Source of the DNA: Chloropicon primus
Lineage: Eukaryota
Assembly (NCBI GenBank): GCA_023205875.1
Contig: CP060757.1
Span: 620,001-684,000, forward strand
Length of the DNA stretch: 64,000 bases
Direction of reading: 5' to 3'
Part shown: positions 34,468 to 42,402 of the stretch, one piece after another
How the letters are laid out: every line of letters starts with the position of its first letter
Position numbering within the stretch: the first letter of the stretch is position 1
The notes under the pieces: model-generated
Seen by the model: only the letters and a program-made list of their open reading frames with translations
Database searches by the model: none
What the model was told of the DNA's origin: nothing
Translations under genes and position numbers: made by a program

Positions 34468-35391
34468 TCACCTTCCCTCCTGCTGTGGCCTTGGCTCCCT
34501 TGGAGCAGCCCACTCCACCCTGAGGATGAGGTTGTCGTAGCCATACCCGTCTAGCTTGTTGATGGCTCTCTGGGCCTCGTCCTTCCTCACAAAGTTAATA
34601 AAAGCAAACCCTCTGCTCTCCCTCGTTTCTCTGTCGTAAGCGATGTAAATCCTCGAAATAGCACCGAAAGGCCCGAAGAGCTCGAGCAAGTCCTGCTCCT
34701 TGGTGTCCTCCGAGAGGTTGGTGACCCTGACGGAGTTCTCGTCCCTCCTGGTGCGCATGGTCTCCCCAGCAGAGGAGGCCCCGGCGCGGAGGCTGGGTGG
34801 AACGTACTGCCCGCTCCCGGGCTTGGCCAGGCTGGAGGGGCCGTCCTCGTCCGGAGGCCTCTCTCCCGGACCCCTGCGCACGGAGGCCGGCACCTTGTAG
34901 GCCTTGTTGGCCCCGAAGGCCGGGCCGTCTGGCTTGCCGCTGATGCCGCTCATACGGAGCAAGGCCTTGGTCGTCGCCAGAGCCTGGAGCTGGTCGAAGT
35001 TCTCGTCCTTCCTAGTGTTGTCCTTCGAGGTCTTCACCCGCTCCAGGAAGATGTCCTCCGTCATGGACATGGTCGTCCTCTCCTGCTCCGCGTTCAAGCC
35101 CACGGCTTCCCCGAACTTTCCGAGGTTCCTGCGCTCCAGGACCCCCTTGTTCGTCTTCATCTGCTTCTTGGTCACTCTGACCTTCTTGGTCACCTTCACC
35201 TTGTGCCCTCCCTCGACCTTGTACTCCACTATGGTCTTCACACCGTCCTTGTCTGGCCCGAAAACCTGCTTCGGCGGGAGCTTCTCCACCTGCTTCGCCG
35301 GCGCAGCGTTCGCCGCTACCAGCGCCTGCGCCGTGAGTTCGTCGAAGTCATCATCCTCGAGGGTATCCCCCCACCTCATCATGCTCACCAT
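34468..35391 (-). CDS. EIF3G: Translation initiation factor eIF3 subunit G
   Basis: RWGD start, YVPPSLR, and an RRM (NSVRVTNLSEDTKEQDLLELF...SRGFAFINF...GYGYDNLILRVEWA). Confidence 0.93.
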   Translation of the reverse strand: MVSMMRWGDTLEDDDFDELTAQALVAANAAPAKQVEKLPPKQVFGPDKDGVKTIVEYKVEGGHKVKVTKKVRVTKKQMKTNKGVLERRNLGKFGEAVGLNAEQERTTMSMTEDIFLERVKTSKDNTRKDENFDQLQALATTKALLRMSGISGKPDGPAFGANKAYKVPASVRRGPGERPPDEDGPSSLAKPGSGQYVPPSLRAGASSAGETMRTRRDENSVRVTNLSEDTKEQDLLELFGPFGAISRIYIAYDRETRESRGFAFINFVRKDEAQRAINKLDGYGYDNLILRVEWAAPREPRPQQEGR

Positions 35392-35589
35392 CGCTCCTCT
35401 GCACACACCGCACGCACACCCTGGTCTCTCTCTCCTCTCTCTCTCCTTCGATCGCCAAGCCCTCTACACAACTCTCTCCCTCCTTCGCATTTTGGCGGCT
35501 GATGTCTCACAATAGGTGTACCGTTTGGCACTGATCCGACGACCCCGGCAGGGAGAGGAGCGCGCAGGAGCACAAGGGAAGAGCGAACG

Positions 35590-36229
35590 ATGATGAGTGC
35601 AGCGGCGTTGTGGAGGGTGAGCGTGGGGAGGTTTTCGGGGTTGGTGACGGGGTCGTCTCCCTCGTGGTGCGGTTCTGCGCCTTCTCTGGCCAGGAAGTTC
35701 GCTGCGTCGGCGTCGACTTCGACGGAGGAGGGGACCAAGGTGGCCGAGGGGAGTGTGGAGGCAAGAAACTCGGAGGAGGGCGAGGGCCTTGGGACCGTGG
35801 AGGAGGTCAAGGTTTCCGCGGGAGCCAAGTCCCACGTCGTCACGAAGGAGTACCTGGACCAGGTTCGCTGGAAGATATTTGGCACGTACGTGGGAAACGG
35901 TCTGAGATCTGGACGAAAAGTTCTGAGGAAGAATTTGATTGGGGACAAGGTGGTGGCGTGGTATCCCCAAATGGAGAGCTACGGCAAGCCGCACCAGGGC
36001 GACAAGCTGTGGGACGACCCTGACCTGTTCATGTAAGTTCGAGTGCAATTGCTCCTTGGGGCTCTCCTTCTCTCTCTCCGCTCGTGTTCGCAGAATTCTC
36101 TCTCTGACTCTGCTTTCTTTCACACCTCCTTTCCTCCACAGCGCGAAGGACAGGCTGGAGAGGTACCAGCGGCGTGGAAAGGGTCCGCCGAAGAAAGGAG
36201 CCGGCAAGCGTGCGAGCCGCAAGAAGTGA
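35590..36229 (+). CDS. MRPS33: Mitochondrial ribosomal protein mS33; 2 exons (35590-36032, 36142-36229)
   Basis: Transit-peptide-like N-terminus, KIFG..VGNGLRSGRKVLRKNLIGDKVVAWYP and RRGKGPPKKGAGKRA. Intron 36033-36141. Confidence 0.85.
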
Positions 36230-36418
36230 TGATTCGTGCCGGAACAGCGCCAGATGTAAATGTAAAAGAAAGTATTTATTTCAAACCCCCGAAGAAAGGC
36301 TCACAAAGTCCAAGCACTTGGTCCCAAGAGCCGTCCCATCTCTGGCGACGCTTGCAAACCAGACTTGGCCCTTTATCCCGCGTTCCCCACTTTTCCTTGG
36401 TCCCCCGCCACGCGCTCC

Positions 36419-37701
36419 TTATGCCTTCTTAATTTTACTGTTCGAGTACAAGTAGGCTCCGAAGATGGCGAGGCCAGTACCAACCCAGTTCAAGGGCGAG
36501 ACGTAGTTCTTGAAGAACAGCACGCTGCTCACGATGACCGCCACTCTCTTCATGGTGTTTCCCACGCTGAAAGTGAGCGGGGAGATACCCGTGAGGGCCT
36601 GGTAGGAGACCTGGTTGTAGAGGTGGTAGAAGACGCCGCCCAAGGCCAGGAGCTGCACGAACTTGGCGTTGCTTCCGAGCGCCTGCGCGGCCGCCGTCCA
36701 GCCCGCTGCCCACGTCGACCCCTCCACGAAGTAGGCCACCGGGGCAAGGTAGCACAAGGAGATGATCGAGATGAGGGCGTACATGTTGATCCCGTCGATG
36801 TAAGTGAACTCGTTGAGCAGCTTCTTGGAGAAGACGTTCCTGAGGACCGACCCCAAGTTCGAGATGAGGGCCCCGTTGAAGCCCCCAATGCTGAAGCTGA
36901 CCTCCTTCATCGCGGCCAAGGAGCATCCCGCCACGATTGGCAGGAGTGAGAGGTACGTCATCGCGGAGAAAGACTCTCCCATGAAGACGGATGTCAAGAT
37001 CACCGAGAACACCGGTTCTGCCGCCTTGACGACGTGTGTGAACGACACGGCCATCTTGGAGAAGGACACGCAAGCGGACACGTGGGCTACGGTGTGGAAC
37101 AGGGCCACCGGTGCCAGGCTGAATATGAGCTTCGGGGACACCTTTGGCACCGGCTGGAGCCTGAGGAGCCACATTCCCGCCATCCAGATCACCCCCGAGG
37201 CCAACTGGATCGTCGAAAGCAGCCAGGGCTTTGGGAATATGTTCAGCGTGCTCTTGTTCAAGATGTTGAAGATGATGTTGAAAGCGTACCACAAGGCGAA
37301 GTAGGTCACGAGCTGCGGTGCGCGAAAACAAGGGGGCAGGGGAGCAAAGTCAGCCAGCCGTGCGGGGCGGATGTGAACGTACGGAGATCTCTCCTGTGCG
37401 CACGACCTACCTTCCAGTTCACGCCCGACGTGCTCGGACTCTCCGCAGAGGACGAAGCGGCGCCAACTACGGACTCCCTCGCGTTCTTCCTCTCAGCGAC
37501 CCTGGCATCTCCTGCCTTCCCGAACCGGGGCGAGCACCCGCGGGCCGCGGCCGAGAGAGAACGTCTTGGAATTTCCTCGAGCACGTTTCTGCATCCCGCG
37601 GCCCGCACTGGACGCCTCGCGCTGTTCCCGCCGCACGCTCTCGCGACCCCAGAAGCCTCCCTCGGCCTCACAATCCTCCCCTTCATCGCCGAACTCGCCA
37701 T
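36419..37701 (-). CDS. XPT: Plastid phosphate translocator (TPT family, most like XPT); 2 exons (37701-37411, 37312-36419)
   Basis: Plastid transit peptide, WYAFNIIFNILNK, SFSKMAVSFTHVVKAAEPVFSV and GVFYHLYNQVSYQAL..ISPLTFSVGNTMKRV. Intron 37313-37410. Confidence 0.85.
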
Positions 37702-37946
37702 TCTTCCCCCGTCGTCCTTCACACACGCGCGCGCGGGACAAACAAACTCCTCTCTTCTCTCTCTCTTGGGCTCTTCGTTGCTCGAGCTTTGAATCAGCTG
37801 TTGGAGGTTTTCCCCTGTTGGTGGGATTCCAGTGTATACCAGTTTGGTCACACCCAAAGGACAACCCACTAAGCGTTTTTCTCGTGTTCACTTGCTGGAC
37901 AAGGCAAATCTATAGTTACGAGGAGTTACGAGGAGGGCAGCGAGTG

Positions 37947-37955
37947 AAACCCTAA
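37947..37955 (+). promoter_or_regulatory. Telo-box-like motif AAACCCTAA 9 nt upstream of the Fanzor ATG
   Basis: Exact match to the plant telo-box/telomere unit. It is a single copy, so function is unproven. Confidence 0.35.
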
Positions 37956-37963
37956 TAACCGTC

Positions 37964-40132
37964 ATGGCGCGATCAGGGAAGCGCCGTAAGAAAAAGGAGA
38001 AGCAGGGGAGTGGCTCGACGAGTTCCACAAGGAGGTCGCACTCTGGCGAGAGTCATGCTCAGGGCGCTTCGAAGTCGGGGCAGGAGTCTCCGACGACGGA
38101 GCCGTTACGTCGGTTCTGGAATCAGGGTTTAGCCTGGCTCTACGCGTTGTGCCTGCTTCCTATCGCGGACGACCCCGCCTCTGCGGGTGAGGGTTCGAGC
38201 ACGCCTCGCAAGAAGCGGGGGGGGAAGCGGAAGGAGAAGCCGCTGGACGACCCCGCCTCTGCTTTCGAGGAGGGTTCGAGCACGCCTCGCAAGAAGCGGG
38301 GGGGGAAGCGGAAGGGGAAGCGGCCGGAGGCGGACGCCTCTGCGGGTGAGAGTTCGAGCTCGTCAGGCAAGCCTCGCAAGAAGCCTCGCAAGAAGGGCAA
38401 GAAGAAGAACAAGAAGAAGGGCAAGAAGAAGAAGAACAAGAGGGGGAAGAAAGCAGGGAAGCAGCCGGGTGGCTTGGCGGACGACAGCGTGAAGAAGACC
38501 TGGTTCTCATCGATCAAGAGAGAACTTGTAGAGGTAAAGTGTCCGAAGACGGGATGGAGGTCGTGCTTGAACCTTCCAGAAGATTCTGTGGTATCCGTCG
38601 AGACATTGCAGTCGCCCGCCAAAAGGAAGAGGGAGCAGAAACTGAAGACCTCCAAGCTATTGTCGGAGCGAACGGTGATACGGACGAGGAAGCTTAGGAT
38701 GCGCTTGAACCCTGAGCAGGCGAAGTGCCTTTGCAACTGGATGGGAGCTGCGCGTTTCACATACAACAAGTGTTTGGAGGCGGTCAAGAAGGAGGGTTTT
38801 CCGCTGGTTTGGACCGTCCTGCTGGACAGATTTGTGACGGCCAAACCGCGACGCCCTGAGGTCTTTGAGGGCCTGGAGAAAGAGCTGAAAGAAATCCAAT
38901 GCTCTCCACGGCCATGGACAAAACAGGAGGCAGAGCTTTTCGCGGCCAGAGAGAAGAGACTCGAGAGCCAAATTGGAGGCAGACGATTTCGCGCCGAAGT
39001 GGCCAAGGACCGGGACTACGTTAGCGGGGCCTTTGTAAATCAGAAGCATCCTTGGCTGAAGGATACCCCCTGTGCCATCAGACAAGCTGCCGTGCGAAGT
39101 CTCATCAAGGCATGGGATTCGAACATCGCGAAGCAGGAAGCGATGAAGGAGCGCGGCGAGGAGAAGGGGCACCGCTTCGTTCTCAAGTATCGTCAACGTC
39201 AGCAACCGAGCTCTTGGACCATTGAAATTGATGCAAGAGAGTTAAAGAACGTGGAGACGATCGAAAGGCCAAACACGAGGCACAAGGATGACACCAAGCA
39301 CAACAAACGACGCAAGTGGACCAAGCTGGAGGTGTTCAAGAAGAAGATGGCCGGCGGGCCCCTGTACTTGACGGAGGAGATCCCCGGGGGCAAGATCGAG
39401 GGTGCCGTGAAGATCACAAGAAATCGCCTTGGGCAGTTCCACATGCACATTCCCATCGCGACGCCATGGGATCGCCTGCCACCCCTGAAGCCTGAGAACA
39501 AGCGGAAGGTTGTCGCCCTGGATCCGGGAGTCAGGACCTTTCAGACGTCGTACTCGCCGCAAGAAGGCGTCGGGGAGTATGCCACGGGCGAGCGAGGCTT
39601 CGCGAGGCTGTTCAACCTCTGCTGGAGGATTGATGAGATCATTTCCGAGCGCAAAGACCCAAAGGTGAAGCTCCCTTACCTCGACCGCCGCGACTTGAAG
39701 AGACAGCAATACGCCTGCATGGAGAAAATTCGAGGTCTGACGAACGAGCTTCACAAAAAGGTAGCCAACGATCTATGCAGGAGGTTCGACACAATCCTCC
39801 TCCCGGAGTTCAAGTCCCAAGACATGGTGAAGAAGAACAACAACGGGAGACGCCGAGTGATCAGGAAGAAGACGGCTCGCACGCTCTTGACGTTGAGGCA
39901 CTATGCGTTCAGAACGTTCTTGGCTTCCAAGGTGCTCTTGCACGGCAGTGAGCTGGCGATCGTGACGGAGGAGTACACCTCCAAGACCTGTGGCAGGTGC
40001 GGACACATCAAGGACAACCTGGGTGGAGCAGAGGTGTACAAGTGCCAGAAGTGTGGCTTCAAGTGCGGTCGGGATGTGAACGGGGCACGCAACGTCCTCC
40101 TGAAGCACTTGCGTCAACCAAAAAGTGTGTAA
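37964..40132 (+). CDS. Fanzor (Fanzor2 / IS607-TnpB-like) RNA-guided RuvC endonuclease
   Basis: TnpB-type N-terminal region RTRKLRMRLNPEQ...WMGAARFTYNKCL. RuvC-I VALDPGVRTF (D520), ILLPEF (Pro in the canonical RuvC-II position), alternative acidic site VTEEYTSKTC (E669), Zn ribbon CGRC...CQKC, and RuvC-III RDVNGARN (D704). The ORF is uninterrupted. Confidence 0.93.
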   Translation: MARSGKRRKKKEKQGSGSTSSTRRSHSGESHAQGASKSGQESPTTEPLRRFWNQGLAWLYALCLLPIADDPASAGEGSSTPRKKRGGKRKEKPLDDPASAFEEGSSTPRKKRGGKRKGKRPEADASAGESSSSSGKPRKKPRKKGKKKNKKKGKKKKNKRGKKAGKQPGGLADDSVKKTWFSSIKRELVEVKCPKTGWRSCLNLPEDSVVSVETLQSPAKRKREQKLKTSKLLSERTVIRTRKLRMRLNPEQAKCLCNWMGAARFTYNKCLEAVKKEGFPLVWTVLLDRFVTAKPRRPEVFEGLEKELKEIQCSPRPWTKQEAELFAAREKRLESQIGGRRFRAEVAKDRDYVSGAFVNQKHPWLKDTPCAIRQAAVRSLIKAWDSNIAKQEAMKERGEEKGHRFVLKYRQRQQPSSWTIEIDARELKNVETIERPNTRHKDDTKHNKRRKWTKLEVFKKKMAGGPLYLTEEIPGGKIEGAVKITRNRLGQFHMHIPIATPWDRLPPLKPENKRKVVALDPGVRTFQTSYSPQEGVGEYATGERGFARLFNLCWRIDEIISERKDPKVKLPYLDRRDLKRQQYACMEKIRGLTNELHKKVANDLCRRFDTILLPEFKSQDMVKKNNNGRRRVIRKKTARTLLTLRHYAFRTFLASKVLLHGSELAIVTEEYTSKTCGRCGHIKDNLGGAEVYKCQKCGFKCGRDVNGARNVLLKHLRQPKSV
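38167..38359 (+). repeat. ~80-nt coding tandem repeat in the Fanzor N-terminus (DDPASA..EGSSTPRKKRGGKRK x2 plus a partial third)
   Basis: ggacgaccccgcctctgc...gggttcgagcacgcctcgcaagaagcggggggggaagcggaagg occurs twice. Confidence 0.9.
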
Positions 40133-40460
40133 CTCCTCAGGGTTGCACATACGTTTGTTAGTACGGGCTGCCGTGCGTGGGCGGAAGTATTCGTTCATGT
40201 ACGGTGGAATGGTCGTGGTAGGGCTGAATTACCCTGCCGAGAAACTTACAAACTCGGTGAAACGACCTTTGCAGAAAACTAACAGGTAAGTAGGGGCCGG
40301 CCTTCTCCGTGTTTCTCTCTTTCAGTGGAAAGGAGAACTTGCCTTTGTGCTTCCAGTATTGACTGTGAATTCCCTACCGTCCTTTCGTGACTTTTTCTGT
40401 GTGCTGTTTTTGATCTGATGTCTGAACATCATAACATCAGCTCGGGCTCTTTTTCAAGCC
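40125..40460 (+). ncRNA. Candidate Fanzor omega-RNA scaffold
   Basis: Stems found by eye: 40125-40150 (11-bp stem across the stop codon), 40161-40176, a three-way junction at 40211-40267, 40303-40337, long-range pairing 40201-10 with 40369-80, and 40415-40440. A position overlapping the 3' end of the ORF is typical for TnpB/Fanzor guide RNAs. Confidence 0.6.
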
Positions 40461-40613
40461 GGCTCGAACGACGAACGAGGTGGGCCCGGCCATGCGCCGC
40501 ATGCGCTGATACTGAAGGCCTTTTTATCGATAATGAAAGGACAATCTTTATTACTTTATCTTTTCCTCTTCTTCTTCTTTACATGATGGACCTCTACACG
40601 CCTCGCCCCCGCC

Positions 40614-41948
40614 TTATTGTTGGATGTCCTTGTCTTTGTGAACGAAGTATGCGCCGCTCAGGATGAAATAAGCGAGGACCAAAGTCAGGCCCTTGAGCCA
40701 GTGCGACTGCCCGTCCCCGATCAGAATGACGGCCGTGATGACAGAGGCGAAGAGGGTGACCGTCTCGAAGGGCTCGAAGTTGAGGTCCAGGGACCTGCCC
40801 GACATCCAAGCGATCACCACGGAGAAGGGTATGACGAAGAGGCAGATCTGGGTGCTTGAACCCACGGCGACCCCGATCGTAATGTCCATCTTGTCCTTCA
40901 TGGCAAACATGACCGCGGCCGCGTGCTCCGCCGCGTTCCCCACAATCGGCAGCAAGATCACGGATATGAAGCTCACGGGAATGCCGATGGACTTGGCCGT
41001 CCCCTCGATCGTGTCCACGATGTAGTCGCTGAGAACGGAGATGAAGATGGTGAACACCCCGAGCCAAACTATGCCGGACCAGAAGGTGATCTCCGGCGCT
41101 TCGTCGTTGTCCCCGTCGTCGTCGTCCCCGTTGTCGTCGAAGAGCTCCGCGTGGGTATTGAGCTGAAAGTGCAAGTAGGCCATGTACATCAGCAGGAGGA
41201 TCATGGAAGAGAAGCGAGAGAGCCCCAGATCCGAAGAGTCCCCGTTGAGCTCCGTGTGCGTGGAATGAAGCACCGCTGGAAGCAGCATTGTCGTCACCCC
41301 GAGCAGCAGCAGGCCGCTGGTCGGCGTCACGCTGTCCCTGCTGAAGCCCTGGATCTTGTGCTTCAGCCCGCCAAAGAAGAAGCCGCACCCGAGAACCAGC
41401 AGCAGGTTCGAGAGTATCGAGCCGAGCAGGGAGAGCTGCACCAGCCGTAGCATGTTCTCCCTTATTGCTATAACGGCAACGATCATCTCCGTCAGGTTGC
41501 CGAAGGTGGCGTTCAGCAAGCCACCCAGAGTCGAATTCGTGTACAGGGCTATCTGCTCCGTGAGGTACCCCAGCCTCTCCGCGAGGGGGCACAGGGCTAT
41601 GAGCGAGAAGACGAAGAGAGTGGAGTCCCCACCCGCTCCACTGATCTTGCACAGTATCGCTATCGGCACAGACGTCAGCAGGAGGTTCAGCTTCGTCCCA
41701 TAGAAAACTGGCCCGATGCTTTCCTTCAAATCTTCCAAGGACAGGGACCTGTTCGGCCCTCCCCTCGCCTGGGAATTCAGCTTGTTAAAAGGCGATAACT
41801 TGGAGTCACACGACAAATCGATCTCCAGACTGTTGGCGTTCTTCTTCAGCAGGGTGTCTTTCACCTCATCCTTGACAAGGTCTCTGTTTCCGTCCAGTCG
41901 ATTTATCTCCAGCGTATTCCCGAGCGCCTGCCCGGTCACCCCTCCCAT
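40614..41948 (-). CDS. CAX: Vacuolar Ca2+/H+ exchanger
   Basis: [42 protein letters not shown] and [10 protein letters not shown]. Confidence 0.95.
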
Positions 41949-42402
41949 CGTGTCTCCCTCCAGACACTCAAGCCTGCACCTCTCCTCCCCCCAAGCGGAG
42001 CGTCCTCCGAGTTGATCTCCTCTTCGCCTCGCCTCGCCTTGTCTCTCGTCTCTCGTCTCTTCTCGTTTCCCGAAAGGACTAAACGATGGACTTCGATTAA
42101 CGCAATTGCGATCTTGGAGTTTACTTAAGGGAAAGGGGGGAGGGGATGGTCGTTGAAAGTTTTGACTCGAGAGAGGGGCGAGGGAGTGTCAGGGCGAGGA
42201 CGGAGCAAGGAACGACCAAGGAGAGTGCTTGGAAGGAAGGTCCTGTCTGCCTGCCTGCGAGACCTGGAGGAGAGAGGACTTGGTGGAGGTGTGGGTGTTT
42301 GTTTGTGCTTGTGTTTGTGTTTGTGTTGGACGGAACAGAAGACGGAAACCCTTGGACCTTGGAAGTAGTGGCGACCCTCAAAGGTACCTACTTGGAGGCG
42401 TC

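Larger units (their letters stand above)
37776..40460 (+). mobile_element. Putative non-autonomous Fanzor-carrying element inserted between XPT and CAX (boundaries approximate)
   Basis: Fanzor ORF with about 190 nt upstream and about 330 nt downstream of hairpin-rich sequence lacking the host-type microsatellites. No transposase ORF is present, and the ends are not firmly defined. Confidence 0.5.

Noticed and set aside
37771..37793. Putative Fanzor guide (40458-40480) targeting the XPT upstream region
   Set aside because: The match needs gaps and several mismatches, including at the seed-proximal end, so it is too weak to call a target. It is kept only as a possible degenerate end repeat.
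40211..40267. Hammerhead-ribozyme-like three-way junction (CTGA..., GAAAC, three stems)
   Set aside because: CTGAATTA lies in a hairpin loop rather than the junction and is not CUGANGA. The would-be cleavage triplet is GUG, not NUH. Treated as part of the omega-RNA candidate instead.
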